A DNA stretch of 60,566 bases, filler included, from Basidiobolus ranarum (Eukaryota): the NCBI GenBank assembly GCA_040143965.1. It is 15 parts of 15 records of this genome, joined end to end, with 100 filler letters (N's around TTAATTAATTAA, not from the genome) between each part and the next. Parts side by side here need not be neighbours in the genome. Positions count along the whole stretch, not along the records: positions 48,576 to 52,507 come from JASJQH010009082.1; positions 52,608 to 56,538 come from JASJQH010009083.1; positions 56,639 to 60,566 come from JASJQH010009084.1; 12 more parts are not named here. One strand, written 5' to 3'. Within the stretch, counting starts at the first letter, position 1. Every line of letters starts with the position of its first letter. The position numbers and the translations under genes were made by a program. A model generated the notes under the pieces. That model searched no databases. It had not been told where the DNA came from and was given only the letters and a program-made list of their open reading frames with translations. Positions 48,576 through 60,566 of this stretch are shown one piece after another.

Positions 48576-50095
48576 GTTTTGGAGTGCTGCAAAGGCAGAG
48601 GAGTATCAGTCACTCATAGATTACCAAATTTGGACTTTGATTAAGTTACCTGATGACCAAAAATCAGTTGGATACAAATGGATGTTTGAAGTTACACAGC
48701 AAGCTGATAGATCTGTAGAAACATATAAAGCCAGACTTGTGGCTAAAGGATACCCTAAAATGGAAGGAGTGGACTACAACTAAACATTTGCTCCTGTAGC
48801 CAAGTTTAATTCCAACAGAGCCATACTAGCAGTAGCCACAAAACATAGATTAAAAATCCATCAAATGGATGTTAAAACTGCTTTTTTGAATGGGGACTTG
48901 GAAGAGGATCTATTCATGGATCAACAAGATGGTATTGTGGATCCTGAGCATCCTGAGGATGGGTGCATGATGCAAAAATTGCTTTAGGGACTTAAACAAT
49001 CACCCAGGGCTTGGTACACTAAAATAGACACATACTTGGAATCACTTGATTTTCAAACAAGTACAGCAGATTATGGGATCCACTTTAAGACAGATAAGGA
49101 CAGTAAGGTGATACTTGCCTTCCATGTAGATGATCTGAATATATCTACCAATAAGGAGGAAGTTCTCAGGAATACAAAAAGAGATCTATGAATCCCATTC
49201 AAGATAACTGATTTAGGTGAGCTTATATATTTTTTAGGTCTGCACATCTGTACAGATATGTTAAGCAAATCTATTACTATAAATCAATCTAAATACATCT
49301 TAGACATTCTCAGACATTACAGGATGGAGGGTTGTAAGCCAGTAGCAACTTGCCTGGATCCAGGTCTGAAACTAGTCAAAAATCCCATCAAAAATGATGA
49401 AAATTTAGGCTATGGGGTTAAGGAAGCTGTTCAAAGACTTGGGCATTTTTCAATGTTTGCCCACCATAATTTCCAAGGATAATTAAAGTAGTATTTCTTT
49501 AGCCAAGAATCCCAAATTTTATGCTAGAAGTAAGCACATTGACATTCAACATCACTTAGTTAGGGAAGCTATTGAGATTAAGCAGGTCCAACTGGAGTAC
49601 TGTCCAACTGAGGACATGATTGCTGACATCCTTACCAAACCATTACCCAAACCAAAATTTGAAGAATTCAGATTTAAGTTGGGATTAAGATATATCAATA
49701 TTTAGTTGAGTGGGAGTGTTGAAGTTTATTGTCTTTTTTGTATTTACTATCTCTATTTCTATACACCTAACTATTTTATATATCACACATAAGTTAGTAA
49801 CATTACTTAGTCAAATTCACTTATGTGAAAATTGGAACATATTATATATATATGTGAATAATGTGAGAATTAACAATTCCATATTGGAAATTTCAAACTC
49901 ATTCAACTTGCCCCAAAGTTAGCCCATTTAACTCCCACAGATGTTCTGAAAATAACCCCAGTGTTGGTTTTCTGTATTTCCACCAAAGTGTATAAATGCT
50001 TTATTTCTGGACAATAAATAATTATTTAACAAAGCTATTCATAACTCCACTTTTCTAAAGTTCCTCCAAACAGCCCTTATTTTCGCAATATTTCA
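48576..50095 (+). mobile_element. Degenerate Ty1/copia family C RT-RNase H, PPT and 3' LTR (49717 to about 50095)
   Basis: YKARLVAKGY, HQMDVKTAFLNG, HVDDL, YCPTEDMIADILTKPL; PPT GTTGAGTGGGAG then TGTTGAAG. Confidence 0.9.
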
Positions 50096-50585
50096 AGGTG
50101 TTGAAATCAGCCCGAAACCCAAAGTCAAGCAAAAAGCCACACAAACACCACAATGCATCCTCAGTGATGTCACACTACAAGGATGTATAAAATTGTAAAG
50201 TGCTTGAGAAGTATTTTCAAAAGTATGGAAGGAAAAATGCAGTGCAGGTATGACAAAAGTCCCTTCAGAAGATGAACCTTCAACATGACATTCAGTCTGG
50301 TGTTGACCATGCAGATATCTAGGAAAAGCATAATATGGAATGGCACAATATTGCAGGGTATCCACCAGATAGCTGTAAGAATGTTGATTCAGCCATGTTA
50401 ATACAATGGTGGGCTTTGATGGAGATATTGATACTAACCTGTGTTGGATATGAGCTAAACCTAGGGTATGAAGGACTCTATGCCAATATTTAGGAGAATA
50501 TATCAAAGAAACTAGAGATTTTGAAGGTGACAAATTAGCATTCAAGTGATAAATATGTTAAATTTGGGTTACATCTTTTGCTATT
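50096..50585 (+). mobile_element. CCC-element internal fragment (opposite orientation to the other copies)
   Basis: Reverse complement of about 52040-52507 (GACATTCAGTCTGGTGTTGACCATGCAGATATC). Confidence 0.82.
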
Positions 50586-50629
50586 CTCATACTTGATAGT
50601 AAGCAGGGTTAATTATGTGATAAATGCTA

Positions 50630-50950
50630 GTGCTACACTAAATTTCGGATGTTTGGCAACTTTTCCACTGTTAGTTTGCTGGTTAAGTATATTGATGTTG
50701 TTGAGTTACATCTGATCAGTCATGTCTGTTCATAAGTAGAGACTAAACACTGCAAGATTCTTTTATTTCTAGATTCTCATTATGTCTAAAATACAAAGCC
50801 TGCAATCTCTAAATAAAGGCATGCACATTTATTTGAATTCCTACAGGAATAAGTCCAGTAACATGCCACTCACAAATTGGTATATTTCAAAATTATTGGA
50901 AATCAAATAATGGATGCTAAATATGTGAATCATTGTTTTAACATGTACAA
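50630..50950. repeat. Dispersed repeat; inverted homolog at about 59505-59800
   Basis: TTAGTTTGCTGG..AAG.ATATTGATGTTG.TGAGTTA...GAATTCCTACAG shared in reverse complement. Confidence 0.75.
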
Positions 50951-51029
50951 TTACTGTTATAATACTGTTAGGTAGCCACTGCCTCACCATGAAGATATGT
51001 GGCAGAATACAAGCCACCAGTATTGTGAT

Positions 51030-51828
51030 AGTGCTCCAATGGTATTGTACCTCACAAGGGTTGATTTAATCTGTATCAATTTGATTTTTTTTGTTACAGT
51101 AATATTTCTATCTGTACTAGACTTGATTTCTTGATTGTTGGTATTGAGTGGGATTTGACAAAGACAGAGTTACAAAAACAGGAGGAAGCCTTTGAGTCAA
51201 GCAGTGCAGTGAATATTATTGACTTGGAATTAGATGGCAGGAGTGTAATCCACAGCTTTAATGACTGGTATAATTGCAGAGATTGCAATGTATGTGAAGA
51301 AATATTTTTGAAGGTGATTGGCCTAATTGCATGATCATTATTGCTGCTGGGTATTGAAGTTTGACGATGGTTGAGGAGAGTGCTTTTATACTTGCATATT
51401 GTCAATCTTGAATCCAGGATTCTTTTTTGGGATGTATTAGGCAACATGTCCAGGGGCTCCACAATAGAGCCATAGATTCTATTATTGGTATCAATATTTC
51501 TGCTCAGGGTTAAACCTTCTAAATTAAGATCTGTCAATTTCTGTTGAGGTATCTGCTTGAGCTGCATTTCATATTTGATAGGAGTGTGATCTTCAAAGCA
51601 GTTGAAGAAGGAGGATGGAAAGGAGCTATATTTCTTTGTTCTAGTCTTGCAAACAACTAGTGGTCACATTTTACTGTTTGATAGATAGCATTAGGCACAG
51701 TCACTTGGTCAGCCATAGTGAGGAAAAAATCCTTAACATTTTCTTGAATCATATATTGGTACTAACTGCTCAGGGCAGATACTTCCAATTGAAACCACAG
51801 GCTAAAAGCTGAATCTTGGTAACATAAG
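51030..51828 (-). mobile_element. Ty3/gypsy gag-protease relic
   Basis: TALLDSKASSCFCNSVFVKSHSIP, an aspartic protease LLDSGA-like motif. Confidence 0.8.
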
Positions 51829-52507
51829 CCCTAACAGAAATTTGAGGATTGTTATTGTAGGTAAACCATCACAATTTTAATCCATTTGGGATTGACTGTT
51901 TACTTACTGTCATAAAATTGTCAAGTTAGATTTGATTTTAATCAATTTTTTCAGTTTCAGGAGTGAAATTTCAAGATCTTGCAAAATAGTTGCAAATAAT
52001 TGGCTAAAATCTCAGAGAACTATGGATCAACACATGTGCAAAAAATGTAACTCAAAATTTACACAATTACCACTTGAATGCTAATTTGTCACCTTTGAAA
52101 TCCCTAGTCTCTTTGATATATTCTCCTGAATATTTTCATAGAGTTCTTCATACCCAAGGTTTTGCTCATACCCAACACAAGTTTGTGTCAATATCTCTAT
52201 CAAAGCCCACCATTGTATTAACATTGCTGAATCAACATTCTTCCAGCAATCTGGCGGATACCCTGTGATATTGTGCCACTCTGTATTAGTTCTTCCCAGA
52301 TATCTGCATGGTCAACACCAGACTGAATGTCAAGTTGAATGTTCTTCTTCTGAAGCCACTATCTGCATACTGGCACTGTATTTTTCCCTTCATACTTTTG
52401 AATATACTCCTCAAGCACTTTGACTATTTTTGTATGTCCTTGTAATGTGACACTACTGAGGGTGCTTTGCAGTGTTGGTATGGCTTTTTGCTTGCCTTTA
52501 ACTTTGG
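51829..52507 (-). mobile_element. CCC-terminated dispersed element, copy 2
   Basis: CCCTAACAGAAATTTGAGG boundary; encodes ...QLDIQSGVDHADIWEEL...FKGDKLAFKW*. Confidence 0.82.
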
Positions 52508-52607
52508 NNNNNNNNNNNNNNNNNNNNNNNNNNNNNNNNNNNNNNNNNNNNTTAATTAATTAANNNNNNNNNNNNNNNNNNNNNNNNNNNNNNNNNNNNN
52601 NNNNNNN

Positions 52608-54642
52608 TGGAATCTGTTACTACAGCTGTATATCTGAAGAATAGGAGCTTTACTAACTCTACACCATATCAAGCTTGGTTTGGAGTTAAACCTGATGTAA
52701 AACATTTGAGGATTTCTGGATGCATTGCTTATGTCAAAATTATGACCAAAAATTGGTCTAAATTTGATCCAAAAGGTAAAAAATGCATATTTCTAGGTTA
52801 TTGTACTCAAACTGAGACCTACAGACTCTATGAGACCAAATATTTCCAGTTAATCAAGTCCAGGGATGTTTTGTTTAATGAAAATCAAAAATGTTCACCC
52901 AAAATGACCTCAGATGATGACAAAAATCAATCTTCTCCTGTCCAAATATTCAAATTAATTGAAATCAAAACAATGAAGAAAATAGCATTCCTGCAGACCC
53001 TTTAACCAAGACTCTGCCTACTGAAGTGCCCAATGCCAAGTCAGAAGCTGCAGTACCTTTATCCCAAACCAAGAGATCAAATCCAATCATAAATAGCCCT
53101 GATTACTATATCAATGAGTCCCAAAATTAGACATATGCCTGCACAGCTCAAATACATGAACTCTAGATGGTAAAAGAGGCCCTAAATGGCCATCATATGA
53201 AGTTTTGGAGATCTGCAATGGCTGATAAGTACCAAGCTTTGATTGATAATCCAACTTGGATTTTAACCATTTTACCTGATGATAGAAAATCAATTGGCTG
53301 CCTATGGGTGTTTTAAGTTAAATACAACTCTGATGGCAACATAGAAAGGAACAAGGCTAGACTAGTAGCCAAGGGATAATCTCAAACACCAGGAACTGAT
53401 TATACAGAAACTTTTGCTCCTGTAGCAAAGTTTAATTCAATTAGATTGATATTAGCAATTTCAGCTTTGTATCCGTTTGTTATATATGAAATGGATGTTA
53501 AATCTGCCTTTTTGAATGTTGAGTTTGCTGAGGAGATCTATATGGACCAACCAGATGGATTTGTGGACCCAGAAAACCCTAAAAAAGTTTGCAGACTCTG
53601 GAAAACACTCTATTGCTTAAAACAATCGTCAAGAGCTTAGAATAGCAAGATAGATGCTTACTTGGAAACACTAAAATTCCAAAAGAGTAATGCTGACTAC
53701 AGTATCCACTTAAGGCCAGATAAGACAAACTCAGTACTATTAGCCTTCTATGTAGATAATCTTATTATAGCAACCAATGAATTGAAGACTTTGGAGAAAA
53801 CCAAACCCAGCTTATCCTCCAAATTCAAAATGACTGATCTTGGTGAACTGACATACTATCTTGAAATTCCAAACAACAACTTTTTAGCTGCAATGGAGCT
53901 ATTTCTTGGGATTCAAAGAAACAACTCACCATAGCACTTTCAAGAGCAGAAGCTGAATATATGGCTACCTGTGAAGCAACAAAAGAAGCAATATGATTAA
54001 GAGAACTCTTAACTGATTTGGGTTATTCTTAAAATTCACCAACTACAATATTTCAAGATAATCAAAGTTGTATCAAATTTGCTAAAAATCCCACATTTCA
54101 TAACCAAAGCAAACATTTAGATATTAAGCATTGCTTCATCAGAGAGACTATAGAGAATAAGTTTATTGACTTAAATTATTGCACTACAGAAGATATGATT
54201 GCTGATATATTGTTCAAATCATTGGCTAGACAGAAATTTGAGAAATTTAGACCTTTATTAGGATTAGTTTATATGACTATTTAGCTTAGGCAGAATATGG
54301 AAACCAGCATTGCCTACATACCTATATAGTTGTATATAGCTTAGTACTTAGCTTTCTTATATTTCACTAAGATATTATCCATTATTCTCAATTGGAACTT
54401 AATTAGAATATTATTACCAAGTTAGAAGTTCTCAGTCTAATAGACTTTTCAAACTGGTGCTAAACGCCCCAAACTTTGCACAAATATTCCAGGGACCTTT
54501 TGTAACACATTCTACATGTTAGTTTGCTTACTTTTTAACAAAACTACAAATGTTAACTTTCTACACAATAAATCAATAAGTAAAACCATCAATTCCTCTA
54601 ATTCTTCAAACCATTTCCAACAGGCTTCCAAACGCTTTCACA
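52608..54642 (+). mobile_element. Degenerate copia family B integrase-RT-RNase H with 3' LTR (about 54296-54642)
   Basis: SKFDPKGKKCIFLGY, YEMDVKSAFLN, YVDNL and EAEYMA motifs; the LTR matches family B, linking that LTR to a copia pol. Confidence 0.92.
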
Positions 54643-56538
54643 GTCACTGTATCTGCCTGAGATCTGCGTATGTGTGTTGATACCATAAGAATCTATTAAC
54701 AATATCAACAAACAACTCCCAATGTTGCCAATACTCATCAGGGAGAAATCTTATCAAGATTCCACTTAAATATATAAATATCCAATACTTCCAGTCTTTG
54801 CATTTGAATAAGTGCCTAGATGAGTGGATATTGCTGCAAGTCCGGGTGAAATATGATGGTATCTTGATGTTTTCAAGCATTTTCACAATTGATACAAACT
54901 TTGATCCTATCTTGAATGGCTCATTCATATTGATATTTCTACTATATAGCTGAGTAAGTAGTATTGGAATGTTGTTGAATAGTAAGTGCATAGTGGCCAA
55001 AGATTAGCTCTTGCTCCAGCTGATCTCCTGTAGCAATACAATCTTAGGCTTAAGGCTAATACCAAGTTTGATGTTAGAATGACTTTTGGTGAATTGATAT
55101 CAGTGATCATTTTGGAATCCAACTGGTGTGGTTGTTTTAGGGAGTAAGCAACAATTATAACAGCAATATCCCAAGGGTTTTGCAAGGTGTCCAAAGGGTG
55201 TGATAATCACAGTTGAATAGCTCTGGGATGTACAGCAATATTGGTCTGTTTGCCTCTAGGGTCTTTATGAAATGGAATCAAGCCTCTGGAAATATATAAG
55301 GATGGATAAACCACAATGTAATGTTTAGCTTTCTGTTGAATAATATGCTGGTACCTGACAAAAGAATATACTGGCTTCAATGTCCTTTGATAGTGATCAG
55401 ATAAAAAGGGTATATCCAATCAAAAACATCTGTAAACTCAGTCAGCAGGGTTTTGAACAAGGATGCACTATTAGTAATTTATCCAAGGATATGAAAAGTT
55501 GCTTGCCTATGCAGACAAAGTTGGGGAAAATCATATAAAATATCAGATATATAACACCTACTTGTCAGTACTTCTTTTGAGCTGGTCAAGTCCTTTCTAG
55601 TCACACAGTAGCCTGTACTGTTTCTAGTAGTCTCTCTTGAGCTTCCTCTTCAAAGGTCTCATAAGTGGTGATGAAAATAAGGGGTGATCACAAGTAGTAA
55701 TTGTTGGTTGAAAACCAGAATTATTTTTATTTGAAAAGATATAGCACCTATTTATACTTTTCTGAAGGTAGAAATGATTACTAGTGAGAATTTCCAGAAA
55801 GTTCCAGAGAATTCAATTGGTGGGGATCTGAGGTTTAGATATAATTGTAAATCACAAGGTTAGTAATCCATGGAATGATCCAGAAGGTTGCAGAATAATC
55901 CAGAAAGTCAAGGAATATTGTGTCAAAATCAAGTTTTGAATGGTCAAAACTCAATCAATCATCAAATATTCCAAGAATCTTGTGTAATGTTCAGGAAGAT
56001 TGTAGAATTTCCCCCAAAACAATAGAGCTGATGTGGGTTACTGGTGATAAACCTCAATTAAATGGGGATAATCCTAATGGTGTGATATGATAGGCTAGAA
56101 GATATGGGTAAGTCAAGTACGGATAAGAAAATAGCAATTGTGCAATAGTAATGATATGAGCTTGGAGTGCAAATAAATCAATCTGCCAGTGCGGAGCAAT
56201 GCTACCCCACCACACCAGGCTCTTGATAGTAAAATCCCAGAGTTGAGTTTTGTATCTGGATAGTAACAATATATATACCTGATAGAGTAAACTCCATTGC
56301 TTTGACAAAATCCACAGCAAGATAGTGCATTGTGCCCATGAAAACCTCCAAATTTACTGATGGTAGGAGTTTCACCAATACATACATGGATAATGGCTCC
56401 AATAAAATGTTCAACCATCTGAACCTCATTAGATAACCTTTGAAATTCCTCAATCAAAGGCTCCTAGATGCTATTTATATTCACTGGGGATTAAGGTCCT
56501 TATACAATGGATGATATCAATTTATTATGGCTCATTTT
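54643..56538 (-). mobile_element. CACTA/EnSpm transposase relic split by a gypsy solo LTR
   Basis: PLIEEFQRL...IGETPTISKFGGFHGHNALSCCGFC, then TMHLLFNN...IPSYFTR...FKCKDWKYWIFIY...LPDEYWQHWELFV. Confidence 0.85.
55127..56214 (-). mobile_element. Ty3/gypsy solo LTR (~1.09 kb)
   Basis: TGTGG...CCACA ends; colinear with 38018-39106; interrupts the CACTA reading frame. Confidence 0.82.
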
Positions 56539-56638
56539 NNNNNNNNNNNNNNNNNNNNNNNNNNNNNNNNNNNNNNNNNNNNTTAATTAATTAANNNNNN
56601 NNNNNNNNNNNNNNNNNNNNNNNNNNNNNNNNNNNNNN

Positions 56639-58442
56639 TCCAGGGATATGGATTTCCACTGCAAATCAGCAATTGAAAGTGGCTGTAGGAGGCCATAGAG
56701 CTGATGTATAGGAGACTTCACTCAAGGACAAGTATCACAGGTGGAGACATAAGTTTTGACAAATGCAAGCATTTTGGGCCACCAATAATCCCTGGATGCC
56801 AACATGTATGATTTGACAACATAAAAGTGTCCTGCAAGTGGTGAGTATGCTTTCCTGCATGATTTTTAGTCTGGAAGTGTGGTCAGGAACATAAAGGTGC
56901 TTCTTATAAAACAAGATATCATTGATGATAGAGAAATGGCCATACAAGTTCAAGGTTGAGAGGCCTTTGAGTGTATCCTGGACATTCTTGATTAATACCA
57001 CCAATGGGTCTCAAGTTGAAGTTAGCAGATGGCTTCATAGAATGTGCTTGAACTGGGCAGAGAATGAGCAGTTGCACTAACTTGAAGTTGGTGGGGCTTT
57101 GTTGTGTCCAAGATAAAAGTGGATAAAAAGTCTTGAACTTTACTGAACCAAAGAAACAGTTAACTGCAGAATTTTAGATCTGTTTAAGCAGGATATATCA
57201 GCAGAGCAGATCTTATTAATATATGTCTTGGGAATAGCGATGGGTTGCTATGTTATGGTAGAGAGTAAGGTTGCTAGGCAGCTAGGCTTGGTGTTCTGTA
57301 GGTGCTAGTGGATACTAGGCTTGGATAGAAATCAGAGGGGAATATTGAATTTGTTGAGAAACTCTGAGAAGTGTTGAGATCCTACATTTGTTGAGACACA
57401 CACTAAACCAAAAGGTTCAGTTAGCTCTGTTTATATTTTTTGATAGCAAAGTGAATTAGTCAGTGCCAAGATATTAGATGACTAATTCTGATAGAAGAAA
57501 ATGTGATTGGATAGATAGATGGACAGATAACTGAGTCATGCATCAACTGAAGTCTTGGCAGTGAAAGATCATTGCTTATGAATCTTGTGACTCAAATTGA
57601 CTAGTGTCTAGGCAGATGACACAGAGGTTAATACTGATTGGATAATGATCATGTGATTGGTCATATGATCTGATAGAAGGGATAAGCAAATAGATAGTTA
57701 GTCACATGATAGGTCACATGATAAAGTCACTGGATAAGGTCAGGGGACTAGTTAGCAGTAATGATAAACTAGACAGATATTCAAACAAGTTGTATAGATA
57801 TGGTGTAAGTTTAAGCAACTTTGGATGTTGGTGCACAACAGGCTTCAGTAAGGAAGTATTTTGCTGGCCAAAGGCCTGATCCCCTTCTTTAGGCTGACAT
57901 TCTGCTCTACTTGCTAAGGTATCAGGTTTTCCTTGCTGGCTACCTGGTCAATATGTAATCATAAAATCAAAACTAGCAAGAAATAATGACTAGCTTGCTT
58001 GATGGCAGTTGAGAACTTTGGTTGTACTAAAATACTGAGATCCTTATGATCACAATAAACTGTGAGTTTGTGATTTGCTCTATCCAAGTATTGTTACCAT
58101 AGTTCAATTACAGCAATGATTGCTACTAGTTCCTTGTCATAGATGACATAGTTGAATTCTGCTGCAGAGAACTTTCATGTGTAAAAGGCAACAGGGTGCA
58201 GTAAGTTGTTATCATCATACTATGATAGTCCTACTGCTAGAGCAAAGTCAGATGTATCAATTTCAACAATAAATGGCATGTCTAGCTTGGGATGTGCCAG
58301 GATTGGTGCTGAGATAAAGCCACTCTTTAAAGTTGCAAATGCTTGTTGGCAAGATGGGCTCCAGTCAAATGGGAGTTCTTTTTTTGTAAGGTTTGTTAAT
58401 GGAGTAGATATTTTGTAGTAGTTCTTGAAAAACTATTTGTAG
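56639..58442 (-). mobile_element. Ty3/gypsy RNase H (about 57800-58440) and integrase zinc-finger (about 56639-57000) relic, with an ~0.8-kb unassigned insert between them
   Basis: TPLTNLTKKELPFDWSPSCQQAFATLKSGFISAPILAHP; RDYWWPKM..FVKTYVSTCDTC...GLLQPL. Confidence 0.87.
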
Positions 58443-59352
58443 CCCTGACAGAAATCTGAGGACTGTTATCATAGGAAAAACATCACAAGATTAATCCATT
58501 TGGGATTGACGTTTACTTACTATCATACAATTGTCAAGTTAGATTAGATTTTAATCAATATATTCAGTTTCAGGAGTGAAATTTCAAGATCTTGCAAAAT
58601 AGTTGCACATGATTGGCTACAATCTCAGAGAACTATGGATGAACACTTGTGCAAAAAATAAAACTCAAATTTTACATATTTATCACTTGATGCTAATTTG
58701 TCACATTCAAACACCCTAGTCTCTTTGATATGTTCTCTTGAATATTTTTATAGAGTTCTTTATACCCAAGATTTAGCTCATACCCAACATGAGTTTCTAT
58801 CAATATTTCTTAAAAGCCAACCATTGTAATAATGTTGCTGAATCAACATTATTCCAGCTATCTGGCAGATATCCTGCAATATTGTGCCTCTCTGTATTAA
58901 GTTCTTCCCAGATATCTGCATGGTCAACACCAGACTGAATGTCAAGATGAATGTTGCTCTTCTGAAGCCACTTTCTGCATACTTGCATTGCATTTTTCCC
59001 TTCATACTTTTGAAAATACTTGTTGTGTGTCTTTTTGCTTGCCCTTAAGTTTGGGGTTATTTCAGCACTTTGAAAAGTACCAGTTGAGGTTGAAGAGCTT
59101 TTTTTTTTTAAAAGCCAACCATTGTAATAATGTTGCTGAATCAAAATTATTCCAGCTATCTGGCAGCTATCCTGCAATATTGTGCCACTCTGTTTTAAGT
59201 TCTTCCCAGATATCTGCATGGCCAACACCAGACTGAATGTCAAGTTGAATATTGTTCTTCTGAAGCAACTTTCTGCATATTTGCACTGTATTTTTCCCTT
59301 CATATTTTTGAAAATGCTCCTCAAGTACTCAGACTATTTTAGTATGTCCTTG
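58443..59352 (-). mobile_element. CCC-terminated dispersed element, copy 3, with an internal ~210-bp direct duplication (about 58810-59020 and 59108-59320)
   Basis: CCCTGACAGAAATCTGAGG boundary; duplicated AAAGCCAACCATTGTAATAATGTTGCTGAATC block. Confidence 0.82.
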
Positions 59353-60566
59353 TAACCTAACAAATAAAATTGATTTGATCCAGATTGGATTCATCCTCCA
59401 AAATAGCAAAACCATCAGAGAACCAACACAATATTGATGGCTTGCATTCTACCAGGGATTTTGATGGTGTGACAATGGCTTCTTGATGGTTTCTTAACAG
59501 TATTCATACATGTTAAAATAATGATTCAATATCCAGCAATTTTGGCAAAAATCTAATTTTCAAATGGCAAATTACTGGGTTTACTGCTGTAGGAATTCAA
59601 ATTAATATGCATGCCTTAATTTAGATATTTTTGGCTTTGTATTCCAGCCATAATGAGAATCAAAAAATACAAGAATCTTGTTGTGATTAGTCTCTACATA
59701 TGCATATACTTGACTGATTAGACATAACTCAGCAACATCAATATGCTTTACCAGCAAACTAATGGTGGAAAATTACGAAACATCTGAAATTTTGAATAGC
59801 ACTGACACTGGCAATTAGCTGACTCTTGTTACCATTCACAATGAGAATAAGCTCTTGGATTTTGGGAAATTTCTGTAAAGAATTCAGCCAGTATATCCTC
59901 AACTTGCAGTCAGAAAATGTCCTGCCACAAGTAGATGTGTCACTACTTGAATAGAGTACCCAATGGCTAAAACAATAATAATGCATGTCTCCATCTATCC
60001 CACCAATGAGTCTGTCTTGAAGCTTTCCTAAAAATACCATCAGATTATCACACAAGCAAAATAGTCCTAACTATTGAGGTACTTACTCTGTATCCATGGA
60101 TTAGGCTTTGTCGCTGATATTGTGCTCAAGCAATGCAAAAACCTGTGAGCACATTGAAAAGAGCCCTTTGTTGGCACGTTAATATACTCTGGAGTCTCCT
60201 TAACCCATTTGATTACATCCATCACTGATTTTGCTGATACATTGTTAATCAGATTAGCATAGGGTGAAGTGCTGGAAATAATCCAATCATATCTTGCACA
60301 TAGTAAGCAGAAAGAAAATTATCCATTGCTATCTTATACTATTTTACAGATCAAGAAAAACAACAAGAATATTCAATCGCCCATGTTCATATCAATACTT
60401 AACTTATTACAGTAATTCAAGCTGCAATCAGAACTCCTGAATTGGAGCTTTGCAACAATGCAAGAATCATAAGATTTGATCAAATATTGATGGAGCTACA
60501 ACCATTTCAAAATTGCCAACACAAAAATCAACACTAGCATATATTCAGAACACAAGAATTCAGGAC

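Larger units (their letters stand above)
3960..56638. other. 14 artificial contig-joining linkers (N44-TTAATTAATTAA-N44) at 3960-4059, 8018-8117, 12073-12172, 16128-16227, 20179-20278, 24229-24328, 28278-28377, 32323-32422, 36366-36465, 40405-40504, 44441-44540, 48476-48575, 52508-52607, 56539-56638
   Basis: Identical 100-bp spacer with stops in all six frames; the intervening contigs never increase in length (3959 down to 3928 bp). Confidence 0.98.

Noticed and set aside
3960-56638. Regularly spaced TTAATTAATTAA palindromes every ~4.04 kb as a biological repeat array
   Set aside because: Artificial six-frame-stop linkers flanked by N runs; the periodicity comes from length-sorted contigs.

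Overview
This is not one continuous locus. The window holds 15 unrelated ~3.9-kb contigs sorted by decreasing length (3959, 3958, 3955, 3955, 3951, 3950, 3949, 3945, 3943, 3939, 3936, 3935, 3932, 3931, 3928 bp). They are joined by an artificial 100-bp linker (N44-TTAATTAATTAA-N44), so linkage is only meaningful within a contig. The DNA is AT-rich and eukaryotic, with short GT-AG introns. It most likely comes from an early-diverging fungus; a Zoopagomycota/Basidiobolus-like organism is my inference, not proven. Recognisable genes: a C2H2 zinc-finger TF, a GEP4-like PGP phosphatase, a USP deubiquitinase 3' end, a Mug190/tricalbin-like SMP-C2 protein, an ABCC transporter 3' end, UNC-93-like MFS copies, an NmrA-like start, a DHCR24-type sterol reductase and several small secreted Cys-rich proteins. 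A large part of the window (roughly 40%) is decayed, CpG-depleted, nested transposon DNA: three Ty1/copia LTR families (two with half-tRNA priming), Ty3/gypsy, CACTA/EnSpm and an unassigned CCC-terminated element. The most interesting items: (i) an intronless 601-aa protein that looks like a tandem class I terpene-synthase-fold enzyme with eroded metal motifs; (ii) two Arg/Gly/Tyr/His tandem-repeat proteins with dibasic sites that the ORF track mistranslates, one of them a 710-codon frame broken by a single CGA>TGA; (iii) a secreted beta/gamma-crystallin-like mini-protein; (iv) a mitochondrial cob fragment fused to copia gag; (v) a micro-inversion between inverted solo LTRs, visible as swapped target-site duplications.
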